Positions 44,908-55,340 of a stretch of DNA of 58,045 nucleotides are shown one piece after another. Each line of letters opens with the position of its first letter. The first letter of the stretch is position 1. Source of the stretch: a virus (Duplodnaviria; Caudoviricetes). The position numbers and the translations under genes were made by a program. The notes under the pieces are model-generated. The model did no database searches, was not told the DNA's origin, and saw only the letters and a program-made list of their open reading frames with translations. The DNA is taken from the IMG/VR virus record IMGVR_UViG_3300048839_001287, positions 1 through 58,045 of that record, one strand, 5' to 3'.

Positions 44908-46534
44908 TTTCGTTCTTTTTAAAATATTGTCCTTGCTCTAAAGCAGCCATTAATGCTGGAATATCTTTTGCTGTGATCCCATAATTAGCAAAAATATCAT
45001 CAAGCATACCTAGTTTCAATTTTTGTTCGATTTGTCTGTTTGAATAGTCCCCTACATTAGCCATAGATTGGAACATATTTCCAAGTCCTTGGCGCCTAAG
45101 ATTTCTTGTCTGTGCTCTATTCTGTGCGTTCTGCACATCTACGCCAGCCATAATTTGTGCGTTCTGACTATCTCTTTGGAGATTAAAAGAAGCCGCGGCA
45201 TGATCAATATTAGTATCGTAATTAAATTTATTTCTTGCTATTGCAGATTCTCTTTCACCATAACCAGATAAAGCAGCCAATCTATTAATTGTGTCAGTGT
45301 TACTACCAGAGTAATTTCTAAGGACAGTATTTAAAGCTGTTCTATTAGCAATTTTCTCTTGCGTGGGATTGTAATAGTTTTTCTCAAATTGAGTACCAAC
45401 AAGTCTTGGTCTATCTTTCTCTGGGCGAGAAATTAAACCTTCAAGAGCAGAATAAATACCACCAGACATTGCTGCGAATTTAGAAAGCTGCTCTCCATCT
45501 TTAGGAAGAATTCCAGTTAAAGGTTCCCTTACTCTCTTATTGCTTACTTCATAAGCAGGAGGAGCATTGCCTTCCCACATATCCATATTAGCATCAACCA
45601 TACCAGGATTCATACTAACTTCTCCATACTCATCTTGCCCAATCACATAATTAGGATTAGCAACATTATTAGGTAAAATTTCATCCGTTGGACCAACAAG
45701 GATATTTGGGATTTGTCCAGAAGGATTATCTCTCATTTCTTGGAATGTAGCCAATCTATTTTGGAAATACCCATCAAGACCAGGAAGACCACCAGGAAGA
45801 ATAGGGCCGCCATTAAAAAAATAACGGGGGTTAACAGTTTCACCCGAAGAATATTTTACAGGTTGTTCCATCCCTATGTTATCTCTTTCCAACAGCAGTG
45901 GGTCAATAGTTTGCATAATATTCTCATAAGAGGAACCAGAGGCCGCCTGTTGGTTTATTGTAGCAATAATTTTGTTATGATTATTTCGCCGCTCTTCAAT
46001 AGCTTTTGTTGCGGCAACATTATCGCTTTCTGTTCTTTTTAACATTAATTCTTTTGTTCTTCTGGCAATCATATCGTTTAACCCAGTAAGTTTTTTGTTC
46101 GTTCTTTTATCCACTGTTGCAAAAGTAGTTTTAGTTTCATTAGGATTTGTGGTTATCTTACCAAGTTTATCATAACCTATTCTATCAGATTTTACAATCC
46201 CACCGTTGGCAAAAATATCAATGCCTCCTTGCTCATGCCGAGGGCCCTTAGCAATAAAAAGAGCCTGTCCTTTTTCTGTATCAGAAATAGTTTCGCCCCC
46301 CTCTATATTTACTTTATTTATTTTGCCTCCCATTGCCATTAATCCTTGAGAGTTTACGTTTTGATACAAGTTCCTTGTGTCAGAAGGTTTAGAGGCGTTT
46401 TGTATTGCAGTAGTAATTAAACTACCGGCTGTTCCAGCAATAGCTAAATAAGGACTTACCGCCCCCAGTCCTCCTAAAGTATTAAAAATTGGAGCAAGGT
46501 CACCGCCTATAGATTTTTTTATTTTATTTTTCAT
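44897..46534 (-). CDS. Virion cargo protein (545 aa)
   Basis: NIEGGET...GPRHEQGGI motif, repeated hydrophobic-x-x-GG motifs, Gln/Asn/Ala-rich helical C-terminus; directly after the tail stabilisation gene. Confidence 0.7.
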   Translation of the reverse strand: MKNKIKKSIGGDLAPIFNTLGGLGAVSPYLAIAGTAGSLITTAIQNASKPSDTRNLYQNVNSQGLMAMGGKINKVNIEGGETISDTEKGQALFIAKGPRHEQGGIDIFANGGIVKSDRIGYDKLGKITTNPNETKTTFATVDKRTNKKLTGLNDMIARRTKELMLKRTESDNVAATKAIEERRNNHNKIIATINQQAASGSSYENIMQTIDPLLLERDNIGMEQPVKYSSGETVNPRYFFNGGPILPGGLPGLDGYFQNRLATFQEMRDNPSGQIPNILVGPTDEILPNNVANPNYVIGQDEYGEVSMNPGMVDANMDMWEGNAPPAYEVSNKRVREPLTGILPKDGEQLSKFAAMSGGIYSALEGLISRPEKDRPRLVGTQFEKNYYNPTQEKIANRTALNTVLRNYSGSNTDTINRLAALSGYGERESAIARNKFNYDTNIDHAAASFNLQRDSQNAQIMAGVDVQNAQNRAQTRNLRRQGLGNMFQSMANVGDYSNRQIEQKLKLGMLDDIFANYGITAKDIPALMAALEQGQYFKKNENGN

Positions 46535-49500
46535 CTTACACTATATCTTTTTAAAGTCTCAAGAATATTGGTTACAAGTTTTATATCTCTTTCATTTGGA
46601 TTATAATACAATCTAATGCCGCAATATTTATCTCGCATCCTTGCCATTTCATAAATATTTTTGTTGTTAGAGACCGAGTCCGGATTTACTACCTTATCGG
46701 TAAAGTAATCATTAGATAAAACATCCCAATCTTTACTAAACATGGGGACATTATAATTTACTCTTTGATCAAAGAAACTATTTATTCTCCATGTAGACTC
46801 TTTTCTGCCAGCAAGAAGGGGTGTATTAATTGATTCGTAGATTGCGCTTAAATCTTGTACACCAAGATTATGATAACCACTTATCTGGTTATCATTGTAA
46901 ACAACCAATCCATTAAATGTAACATCGTTTACATTATTATATTGGTCTCCTGAAACTTCTTTTGAATTGGAAAGATAACTAATGCTATCAGTTACCCATG
47001 TGTGTACAGGATTTTTATTAACGATAAAATCAACAACGTGCGGTTTCTTATTGCCGTAGTAGGACAAGTAGTTTTTGTTTCCATGTTTCCAAACGGTATT
47101 ATCTCTTGTGGTAAAATAATTGATTGCTCCTGAATAAGCAAATTTAGGTAAATAAGAATGGAACGAAGTCCATGTATTAGTTGTTAGTTTAAAACTAATG
47201 GTAAATGATTTATTTTCAAAATACTCTGCGTCGTCGAAATCTACAGATTGAAAAGTTCTACCGGTATCAGAAACGAGAACATCTCCTCTCCACTTTAATT
47301 CTCCAGGCCCTATATATTTGTAATCTCTTTTGTGCAGTATATATCGTTTATGTCTAGGATCATAAACAGCAATATAACCAATTCCATATCGGCCTGTTGG
47401 ATATTGATAAGGGTATTCTTCATTATGTAAAGACTGCCATTGAGCCGCAAATTCTAAACCAAGATTTTCTTGAAACCAGTTGTTCATTCCAAGCGCACTA
47501 ATCTCTTTCAAATCATTCAAACCACTTAAGAAGAAAACTTTGTTTTGATTACGATCAACAAACATTGTACCATACTCTGTACTAACTCTAGCAAACTCGT
47601 CTTTCCCCCCACCATAACCATTGTCAGAAGTAGCAAGCTTTCTTGGTTTTAAAGATAAAAATTCACCACTACCAATAAATATTGCAGCTTCATTTGACTG
47701 GAGAACTTGATCCTTTGTTGGAAATAAGTAAAGAGATCTTTCTGTTCTTACATATAGATTGTCCATGTGAACAAACATATCTGTAATGGCCACATCTTCT
47801 CCATAGATATTTCTAAAATCATTGGCCAAAATAATCCTGTAACCATCATCAAAAGAAGAAGGATCAGTACTAGTTGAATACCATACTCTGTTGGGGTTTG
47901 TTTCTAGACATCTAGCACAGCATTCATAACGACGACTAATAGCTGGGTAAAAATTCTCTACATTTAACTTGGAATAGTCTTCATTGTAGAAATAATTCTC
48001 TGGACATGGAACATCTTTGTACACATATTTTCCATCAACTAGATCGGTTAACTTGTTCAATATGTATTGCCCAATATCTCCGCCTTTAAAATAACTATTA
48101 CATACACCATCAGTAGCGTGGCGCATAAACATATTTAATTCACTCTCTACCCAAAACCCAGAATCATAAGTACCTCGGGCCACCTCTTCATTTTCTTCGT
48201 TATCTCCCCCAGTTTGATGAAGATCTATGTAATCTATACGACTTATAAATGTGTCGCCGCCATATATTTCTGGAGAAATTGCTCCTGATAAAATACTGTT
48301 ATGTAATCTACTGTATACTAAAGCATATAAATCGACATTTACTTCCCGTTCTATTTTATTAGTTACATAAAAGGCATTTCGGAAAGAACCGGAATTTGCG
48401 TAATCACTTGATGCTAGATTATTATCTAAAGCGTATAAATTCGCCCAATTAAAACAGGACCTATTTTGAACTTCACCATCAAAAGGAAAATTATTAATCT
48501 GCTGGGCGGAAGAATTAGGAGTAAGGTAAATATTGGTTGAATAAGCTCTATTATACGTAGATGCGCCTGTAACGTCTAATTCGTCCCAGATACTTCTGAA
48601 CACATTTATTGTTGCGTCCGGAGCGTTTAAAAATCCTGCGCCATATTCAAAAATTAAAAATCCCCCGCCATTAGTATTGTATTTATGATTAAATTTAAAG
48701 TAGTCTCCATTAAGATATTCTTTCCTTATTAAAGTCTTTGGAGAAATAAACTTCATAATACTTTCCTCATAAGGAGTGCCCGTATCAATGTTTAATTGCC
48801 CACCAAAAATACCTTCATTGACATTTAACCGAAATTCACCATAGTTATTTATGTAAGTCATTACTCCTGAATCCAAAACAGTGCGATTAAAATCATCACG
48901 TTTTACATACACAAAATAATGCCCAACAATATCTTCATGAGGATATTCTACTCCATCAAATTGAATACCTAGAATACCGAGTTCCCCGTTACCATCAAGG
49001 CCCTGACTAAAATGACGAATCAATCTCCTATCAGGAAATCTATGGTGACGAATAGATTCCCCAGCCAGATCACCATACAAATATTCTCCATCACAATCAG
49101 TATCTAATGGATATTCAGCAGTTGCTCTCCAAAAGGCCATTGTACCATCAAGACGGGCCGTGTTTTGCCAACGCCATCTTCTTACCGTATCTCCTTCTTG
49201 AATATTAGAGTCGACATGTTTTACATCAGCAAGATCAACCGTAGTGCCTACCGTATCCAGTTGCATATCTAATATATCAGAAGCTCTACCAGGAATATGA
49301 AAAGCAGGAGAATGATAACCAGATTTAAACACATATACAATACCAAAAGCATAAACTTCGTCTGCTGCAAATCCTCTCGTCTGATACCAGCTTGCAGGAT
49401 TCTTAGGATTTCCTTCTTCAAATTGATTGTAAGCAGGAATTCTTTTTACAGTATATTTAGAAGTAATATTATTAGCAAATCTTTGGAACCCACAAAAATT

Positions 49501-50505
49501 ATAATTAGGACTTGTTGTATTTGCTAAAACAAGCCGGTTATCTATCTGTGCATGATAGGCGACAGTTTCGATATATGGCCTTGGGGTTTGAATATCTAAT
49601 AAAGAGCCAATGGTATAGTTAGACACATCTCCAGTATAGATATATTCAACGGACGTATTTGTAATGGGAATTTCAGGAGTATAATATACATTTGTTACAG
49701 TTGCTAATCCTTCAGTAGATTCAATACCAGCTATTCTAATAAAAGCATAACGTTGATCAACACTCTCAATTTGAAGTCTAATTGATTTATTTGTTGCTCT
49801 GACACCATTTGGCCTGATACCAGTTTCACTATTCCAAGCACCATCTATTACATCAAACTCAGATGAAATGTTTTCATCATAAATAGCAACAGGATTTGTT
49901 ACATAAGACCACTCTATTTCATTATAAGCCGCATCTAAGTACTGAACAGCAAATTGATAAACGCCAACTTGAAGTCTGCCACCACCATCATTTACAGAAA
50001 CCAGATTAATGTTAGGATATGTTATAGGCGGAAAGTGATTAGCAAGATCGCAACTAAATTCTCCGTCAACAAAATAATCTTCAATGCGATCTAAATTAAT
50101 AGAGCGGTAAGAATTGTTTTTATCAGTAAAATAAATGATGTTATCACATCCTCTAATTACTCTGGATAAAACAGAAATGGGCCATTTTTTCTTAAACCCC
50201 AAACAAGTTGTTCTCACCTTTTCTTCAAAGGAACAACCAGTTTGAATACCTATTATAGAAGTTTCATCATCAGTAATAAAGAGTACATACTTATCGTTTC
50301 CGATAAATCTGGAACCTATTACCTCAAAACCTTCTTCAAGTTCTAGGCATAAAGTGTTTCCGGCCTCTGTCGATAAAGAACCTATTTCACCTTCGTGGGT
50401 TTCATTAACAGCATTGAGAGCAAACCTATAGGTATTCTCTGGTTGATTAATAAAATCAGTGTCAGTAAATAAGCCGACCGCTATATTTTGAGTGGTACGC
50501 TCCAT
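46531..50505 (-). CDS. Tail stabilisation / muzzle protein (P22 gp10-like, crAss type)
   Basis: 1324 aa, beta-rich; GLFTD...TYRFALNAV, GVYQFAVQY, DEVYAFGIV, GGDTFI, YDPRHKRY, WTSFHSY. Confidence 0.85.
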   Translation of the reverse strand: MERTTQNIAVGLFTDTDFINQPENTYRFALNAVNETHEGEIGSLSTEAGNTLCLELEEGFEVIGSRFIGNDKYVLFITDDETSIIGIQTGCSFEEKVRTTCLGFKKKWPISVLSRVIRGCDNIIYFTDKNNSYRSINLDRIEDYFVDGEFSCDLANHFPPITYPNINLVSVNDGGGRLQVGVYQFAVQYLDAAYNEIEWSYVTNPVAIYDENISSEFDVIDGAWNSETGIRPNGVRATNKSIRLQIESVDQRYAFIRIAGIESTEGLATVTNVYYTPEIPITNTSVEYIYTGDVSNYTIGSLLDIQTPRPYIETVAYHAQIDNRLVLANTTSPNYNFCGFQRFANNITSKYTVKRIPAYNQFEEGNPKNPASWYQTRGFAADEVYAFGIVYVFKSGYHSPAFHIPGRASDILDMQLDTVGTTVDLADVKHVDSNIQEGDTVRRWRWQNTARLDGTMAFWRATAEYPLDTDCDGEYLYGDLAGESIRHHRFPDRRLIRHFSQGLDGNGELGILGIQFDGVEYPHEDIVGHYFVYVKRDDFNRTVLDSGVMTYINNYGEFRLNVNEGIFGGQLNIDTGTPYEESIMKFISPKTLIRKEYLNGDYFKFNHKYNTNGGGFLIFEYGAGFLNAPDATINVFRSIWDELDVTGASTYNRAYSTNIYLTPNSSAQQINNFPFDGEVQNRSCFNWANLYALDNNLASSDYANSGSFRNAFYVTNKIEREVNVDLYALVYSRLHNSILSGAISPEIYGGDTFISRIDYIDLHQTGGDNEENEEVARGTYDSGFWVESELNMFMRHATDGVCNSYFKGGDIGQYILNKLTDLVDGKYVYKDVPCPENYFYNEDYSKLNVENFYPAISRRYECCARCLETNPNRVWYSTSTDPSSFDDGYRIILANDFRNIYGEDVAITDMFVHMDNLYVRTERSLYLFPTKDQVLQSNEAAIFIGSGEFLSLKPRKLATSDNGYGGGKDEFARVSTEYGTMFVDRNQNKVFFLSGLNDLKEISALGMNNWFQENLGLEFAAQWQSLHNEEYPYQYPTGRYGIGYIAVYDPRHKRYILHKRDYKYIGPGELKWRGDVLVSDTGRTFQSVDFDDAEYFENKSFTISFKLTTNTWTSFHSYLPKFAYSGAINYFTTRDNTVWKHGNKNYLSYYGNKKPHVVDFIVNKNPVHTWVTDSISYLSNSKEVSGDQYNNVNDVTFNGLVVYNDNQISGYHNLGVQDLSAIYESINTPLLAGRKESTWRINSFFDQRVNYNVPMFSKDWDVLSNDYFTDKVVNPDSVSNNKNIYEMARMRDKYCGIRLYYNPNERDIKLVTNILETLKRYSVR

Positions 50506-51350
50506 TATAGATATTTTGAATTGTCAAAAACGAGATGTTCGGGGCTGGCCAAATTACCAAATGCACTCCAAAATGTGTTAGAGTGTGGGCCTAAACGCAT
50601 AAGTTGATTTTTTAGATTTTCTAATCCACCAATATCTGGGAGTTTGCTTTCTCCTCTTGCTTTTGCTGCGGCCACTTCCCAACGACCAAGATAATGCATG
50701 TAACGTCTTTCGCTTTCCCTAGTATTTTCATCTACATTGTTCCACTTACTTTCCCATATTTTTGACATGCAATATAAACGAATAGCGTCAATTATGTTTT
50801 CATCATAAGGGATAAGGAACTGTCCATTATCATTTATAGGGAAATACATACCGGCCACAGCAATGTAGCCCTTCTCCATATTAAGTACAATATCTCCATT
50901 GGGCATTACCACATACTTTACTTCCGTATCACAAATTAATTGGGGGGAATTTTCACAAAGAATAGATAAAGTGAATGGAGTAGTGGATGGAACCGCCGGA
51001 GTCCAAACATTAATATAAGATGAGTTCATGAAGCTAGCCACTGACTGTTGTGTAATACCACATTCAGGACAAGTATCTACATAAACTGTAATTTCATCGA
51101 CATCCGAATTATCCAAAGTTCCTTTATATAAAACCTGAAAAAGCCAACGAAGTCCTTTAGGCAAACAAGCCTTGTAGTTTTTTACTTCTACAAAGCTTAT
51201 CTTTTGTTCGTAAGTTTCAGCTACGTACACCTTTTCCATGGCTTTGCTGGCCCACTTTTCTACACTGCCCACATCTACGTGGTCTTCTTCTATAATATCA
51301 TAAACGTCAGCTATTGCCACATTTAAGGGCACGTATTCTGTGTATTTCAT
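50505..51350 (-). CDS. Tail ring / tubular protein
   Basis: EVKNYKACLP...G.FLIPYD...AIRLY pattern and synteny next to the muzzle gene. Confidence 0.7.
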   Translation of the reverse strand: MKYTEYVPLNVAIADVYDIIEEDHVDVGSVEKWASKAMEKVYVAETYEQKISFVEVKNYKACLPKGLRWLFQVLYKGTLDNSDVDEITVYVDTCPECGITQQSVASFMNSSYINVWTPAVPSTTPFTLSILCENSPQLICDTEVKYVVMPNGDIVLNMEKGYIAVAGMYFPINDNGQFLIPYDENIIDAIRLYCMSKIWESKWNNVDENTRESERRYMHYLGRWEVAAAKARGESKLPDIGGLENLKNQLMRLGPHSNTFWSAFGNLASPEHLVFDNSKYL

Positions 51351-51838
51351 TTTATTCTAAATTCTCTAATCAAAAAATTGGTTAATCCGTATTTTCTTAT
51401 ATGACTAAGAATACTACCTTCCGCGTCTTTTCTTCTGGTTCTAACCAAAATTAACTTCCAGATTGTTTTATCTAATAAGTATGCATTCCATCTTTGCCAG
51501 TACAAAAGAAAAAAATACCCACCATGTTCTAAATTTTCATGGTATATGTTTTTACCAAATTCTTTTGTTTTATTAAAATCTACTAATTTTCTTCTATGCT
51601 TATAACGCATTATTCTTATACTTCCTAATCTATTAAATAACTTAACGGGCTCTCCTTTTTTTAAACGATCTATTACTACATCTGCATATATGTCCATTAT
51701 TTGTTGATAACGTTCTTTTGTAATATGCCCGGGTTTGTTAGGATTATCGTTTCCCTCTAAATAATAATAAGAATCGTAAACAGTAAGAGTTTTTTTCCTT
51801 TTTTGGTGACTAGGAAACATATGATCTAATAAACTCAT
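51347..51838 (-). CDS. IHF/HU-like basic DNA-binding protein
   Basis: VIDRLKKGEPVKLFNRLGSIRI HU-like motif, located within the tail module as in crAss-like phages. Confidence 0.7.
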   Translation of the reverse strand: MSLLDHMFPSHQKRKKTLTVYDSYYYLEGNDNPNKPGHITKERYQQIMDIYADVVIDRLKKGEPVKLFNRLGSIRIMRYKHRRKLVDFNKTKEFGKNIYHENLEHGGYFFLLYWQRWNAYLLDKTIWKLILVRTRRKDAEGSILSHIRKYGLTNFLIREFRIK

Positions 51839-52539
51839 ACTTCATTATTAGGCGCAGGAGAATTAGAATTATTAACAGCATCAACTATTTTTCCTTCTCT
51901 CCTAGCTAAACGATCTTCAATGTACTCGTATATATATGTATTCAAATCTGGCTCAATTGGAAACTCTGAATTAAAAACATCAAAACAAGGTTCTCCACTT
52001 GTATTTACACAATCAGTAATATCGGCAAGATCGGCAGGATCAACCCATAAAGCATTTACAATTACAAGAGGCAAATCAGTTGTTCCAAACACATAAAGAT
52101 AACCGTCAAATAATTGATATCCAATTCTATTAGGTACTCTGCTTGCCCCATTTTCTTGCTTGAGCCGCATGGGATTAATTTTCCCAAAATGCATAGAACC
52201 ATCAATAGTAGTTACATCCATGATAGCTTTATTACCACGCATGAACATATTAGGAATCTTAAACTTAGATTTTAAAACATAGCAATCAAGGCCTTTTGGA
52301 ATACAAGAACAGTCAAAATATTTTGTCTTTTCCAGTGGCACACAAATAGGAATCTTATTAAGCTCAGAAGTTGTTTCTCCTTTCTTAATTCTACGAGATA
52401 AAAATAAAGCTCTAGCATCTACTAATAGCTTATAAATAGAAAGATCAGATAAGTCCATATAGGAATCATCTGAATATTTGCGCATCATTTCTCTTACATG
52501 ATCTATATGCGCTTTTACACTTCTTAATTCATTAATCAT
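51835..52539 (-). CDS. Tail ring protein
   Basis: Cys-rich loop (CVPL...DCSC...DCYVLKS), DGYLYV, EFPIE; synteny. Confidence 0.65.
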   Translation of the reverse strand: MINELRSVKAHIDHVREMMRKYSDDSYMDLSDLSIYKLLVDARALFLSRRIKKGETTSELNKIPICVPLEKTKYFDCSCIPKGLDCYVLKSKFKIPNMFMRGNKAIMDVTTIDGSMHFGKINPMRLKQENGASRVPNRIGYQLFDGYLYVFGTTDLPLVIVNALWVDPADLADITDCVNTSGEPCFDVFNSEFPIEPDLNTYIYEYIEDRLARREGKIVDAVNNSNSPAPNNEV

Positions 52540-53321
52540 TGTTCAAGCTTTACTCTGTCTTTTAATATTGCTTCTATTTGTTTTTGCATATTTGGTATTC
52601 CAATGCTCAAGGCCTTTTCATTATATTCATTAAACCATACAATTTTACAAGCATTTATCTTTATATCAGTATATTTTTCTACAATATGTTTGTACAAATT
52701 TAACTGTAGGCCATAATAATTAGCGTCTGTCTTAGGCATGTAAGATAAGGAACCTAAAAACATTTCTGGTTTCCATTTATTATATGGTTGGAACCTAAAA
52801 TTCTTGTTGGTTTTCCAATCATAGAATTCTACTGATTGATTCCTTTGGTTATAAAAAGCTTGATCTACTACGCCCCTAATTCCGCACTCAGGATCACATA
52901 CCCAAAATTCAGAGCGAATAGGAACTAGATGCATGTTGCTTTTGTGAAAATCTTCTACTTGTTTCTTTAAAACAACTAAATGTTTATTAAATTGGTCTAT
53001 TTGTTCTGCATTTAAAATAGCCATAAAATCATAAACATCATCTTCTCCTTTTGTTACATCGTAACCATATAATTTTGATAAATGATTATGTACAACAATA
53101 CCTTTTACAGAACCCCACTTTCGGCTGAATTCCCATTCATTTAAAACTTCTTCTACCGTTCTGTTGTCTCTGTCTGCAATCTTTTTCGCCATCTTTTCTT
53201 GATCAAATGGAACCACATATTGATCAATAGCTTTGTATACAGAAATATATGGAAGAACGTTTTGTACTCCCCAATTGTTCGCTCTTTTTAGTTCAAAAGC
53301 CAGTTGTTCTATATTCATCAT
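52536..53321 (-). CDS. PD-(D/E)XK (RecB-like) exonuclease
   Basis: KGIVVH, SEF, GIRGVVD, FYDWKT, YGLQLNLY. Confidence 0.85.
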   Translation of the reverse strand: MMNIEQLAFELKRANNWGVQNVLPYISVYKAIDQYVVPFDQEKMAKKIADRDNRTVEEVLNEWEFSRKWGSVKGIVVHNHLSKLYGYDVTKGEDDVYDFMAILNAEQIDQFNKHLVVLKKQVEDFHKSNMHLVPIRSEFWVCDPECGIRGVVDQAFYNQRNQSVEFYDWKTNKNFRFQPYNKWKPEMFLGSLSYMPKTDANYYGLQLNLYKHIVEKYTDIKINACKIVWFNEYNEKALSIGIPNMQKQIEAILKDRVKLEQ

Positions 53322-54226
53322 GGCATGGAAATTAAAATAGGAAGTTTTCCTTTATCAAGAATCACACCACAATTAATAATTGGATTTGGTCCTTTTTTGC
53401 CGTAAGCAAAGGCATAAGAATCTTTGCATATTCCACAACCAATTTGAACAGCAAAAATAGAATTCTTGTTTCCAGAAACGTATTCAATATAAGACTTTGA
53501 ATGACGATGTCCTTGTACTACTGATTGTAAATATTGTTTATATTTAGCATTAGCAGAAGCAGATTCACCGTGATCAAAATAAACCCCATGAATTTCAATA
53601 TCTTCAACAAATAACCATCCCGGAGTTTGTAATACTTCTGATAGGTTTCTTACCCATTTAGAAGAAAGACCAGAACTAAAAGTCTTTCTTGATGCCATTC
53701 TATCGTGGTTACCGATAGTAACAAAAGCCTCTGGAAAAACTTTATACCAATCCTGTATTCTATTTATAGCATATTCAAGTTCTTGTCCAGCACCTAAACC
53801 ATCTGGATCACTATCATGATAAGAAGAATAGTGATTATCAATTACGTCTCCTATAAATACAACAGAACCACAATCAAATCTTTCTTGCTGCTCTCTACAA
53901 AAATACAAATAGTCGTCCAAACAAAATGGTTCGTGAAGATCTCCTACAATTAAAATGTTGTCAGGATTTCCCTTGTATGGAGTTGGCAAAGAAGTTCTTT
54001 TGCTGTATATTTTATTCTTTCTATTTTGTTTTTTCCACTCTAAAAATTCTTGGAACAAAGGATCTTGATTATTTGGTTGGTGTCTCCTTGCCAACTTTCT
54101 TACATAATCAGCCTTTTCTCTTTGGCTTGCGCCCTGTTTCAATTTATATATATCGGCTAAATCAGCCCATGGCATATTTTTGCCTAAAGTTTTAATATGT
54201 TGTAAAAATTGTTCTTTATTTGTCAT
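53318..54226 (-). CDS. Calcineurin-like metallophosphoesterase with N-terminal HTH-like extension
   Basis: GDLH, GDVID, GNHD, DHG, GHRH; likely start is ATG 54226 rather than TTG 54244. Confidence 0.88.
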   Translation of the reverse strand: MTNKEQFLQHIKTLGKNMPWADLADIYKLKQGASQREKADYVRKLARRHQPNNQDPLFQEFLEWKKQNRKNKIYSKRTSLPTPYKGNPDNILIVGDLHEPFCLDDYLYFCREQQERFDCGSVVFIGDVIDNHYSSYHDSDPDGLGAGQELEYAINRIQDWYKVFPEAFVTIGNHDRMASRKTFSSGLSSKWVRNLSEVLQTPGWLFVEDIEIHGVYFDHGESASANAKYKQYLQSVVQGHRHSKSYIEYVSGNKNSIFAVQIGCGICKDSYAFAYGKKGPNPIINCGVILDKGKLPILISMP

Positions 54227-54241
54227 AGATATAATTTCCTG

Positions 54242-54250
54242 CAAATATAC
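54242..54250 (-). promoter_or_regulatory. Candidate Bacteroidota -7 promoter box (TAnnTTTG)
   Basis: Minus strand GTATATTTGC lies intergenic, just downstream of a terminator and about 15 nt before the ATG at 54226. Confidence 0.6.
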
Positions 54251-54291
54251 AAAATAAATTTAAGAACCGTTTTTTCAATTTAAGGTTATAT

Positions 54292-54322
54292 AAATAAAAA
54301 AGGCACACCCATTAGATGTGCC
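54292..54322 (-). terminator. Intrinsic terminator after the endolysin
   Basis: Minus strand GGCACATCT-AAT-GGGTGTGCC followed by TTTTTTATTT. Confidence 0.75.
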
Positions 54323-54342
54323 CCAAAACCAGAAAAACATTC

Positions 54343-54783
54343 TTACTCTGGATGCTTTCTATAACTCAACACCCTAGCTTTTTCATAAGGAGAAATGCTT
54401 ACGGAGTCTCCTTGGTTACCACCGAGAACCCACACATATTTATCATTTTCTCTGACGTAAAATCCAACGTGTCCTTTCCATGAGTCGGGGGATTCCCTCC
54501 AAAAAATAACTATGTCTCCAATAGACGGTGTGTCAGTGGCGGTTCCGTAATTCATCCATGATCTTGCGGTTGCATCTATACCCTCTACTTTGTCTAACGC
54601 AAAGACAGTCTTGATTACGTCATTTGCAAAAGCACTGCACCAGCTAATTTCATCATTATTAGCCCATACAATAAGTTGTTTTAAATAACTTAAAATAGTT
54701 GGACTATTATTTGATTTTCCAGGAAACTCCTTTATACCAATTCTTTTGAGCCCTTCCGTTATTACTTTTATATTACTTTCCAT
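54343..54783 (-). CDS. NlpC/P60-CHAP type endolysin (TIGR02594-like)
   Basis: DEISWCSAF, ARSW, GDIVIF, GHVGF, LGGNQ. Confidence 0.9.
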   Translation of the reverse strand: MESNIKVITEGLKRIGIKEFPGKSNNSPTILSYLKQLIVWANNDEISWCSAFANDVIKTVFALDKVEGIDATARSWMNYGTATDTPSIGDIVIFWRESPDSWKGHVGFYVRENDKYVWVLGGNQGDSVSISPYEKARVLSYRKHPE

Positions 54784-55016
54784 TATTTAGATTTTTTCCA
54801 TAAAACATTAATACCCAAATCAATTGTGGTAGCTCCAATAAGTATTTTTAATACGCCGGCAAAAATATTAACAATTTCTGAGTCGCACGTAAATTTATCT
54901 GTAAAAGCGCACATAGCCAATACTATCAAACATAATAACCAAGTTAGCATCAACAATAAAACCCAGAAATCTCCTCTGGTGGCTTTCTCACTAAGTAGAC
55001 TAAATAATGAGCTCAT
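54783..55016 (-). CDS. Putative holin
   Basis: Two hydrophobic helices and a basic C-terminus, adjacent to the endolysin. Confidence 0.6.
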   Translation of the reverse strand: MSSLFSLLSEKATRGDFWVLLLMLTWLLCLIVLAMCAFTDKFTCDSEIVNIFAGVLKILIGATTIDLGINVLWKKSK

Positions 55017-55339
55017 TTCAATTCAATTCTTTCAATTCTTTTACTTAAAATTTCTAACATCGTACCTAAATGTACGTTGTTAATTTCTAATTCTGTGGAA
55101 ATCTTAATTAGGTTCTTATCTACGTTCTCTATCTTTACTTTAAGATTCTCTGTCTCTTTAGCATAAAGTCTTTCATGTATTTCCCTTTGACGAATTAGTT
55201 CTTCGATAGAAGCCTCTAAAACAGCAATCTTCTGTTTTAAAATACTTACTTCTCCCTTCAGATTAAACCAAAAAGCAATAATACCAACAATAGTGCCAAG
55301 TACATATAAAAAAAATTCCACGTTTTCAAACTGTTCCAT
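55013..55339 (-). CDS. Membrane-anchored coiled-coil protein (lysis-associated)
   Basis: N-terminal TM helix followed by heptad repeats. Confidence 0.55.
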   Translation of the reverse strand: MEQFENVEFFLYVLGTIVGIIAFWFNLKGEVSILKQKIAVLEASIEELIRQREIHERLYAKETENLKVKIENVDKNLIKISTELEINNVHLGTMLEILSKRIERIELK

Positions 55340-55340
55340 G

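Noticed and set aside
52536-53321. Cas4 or a CRISPR locus
   Set aside because: The four-Cys Fe-S pattern of Cas4 is absent, and no repeat-spacer array was seen in the window.
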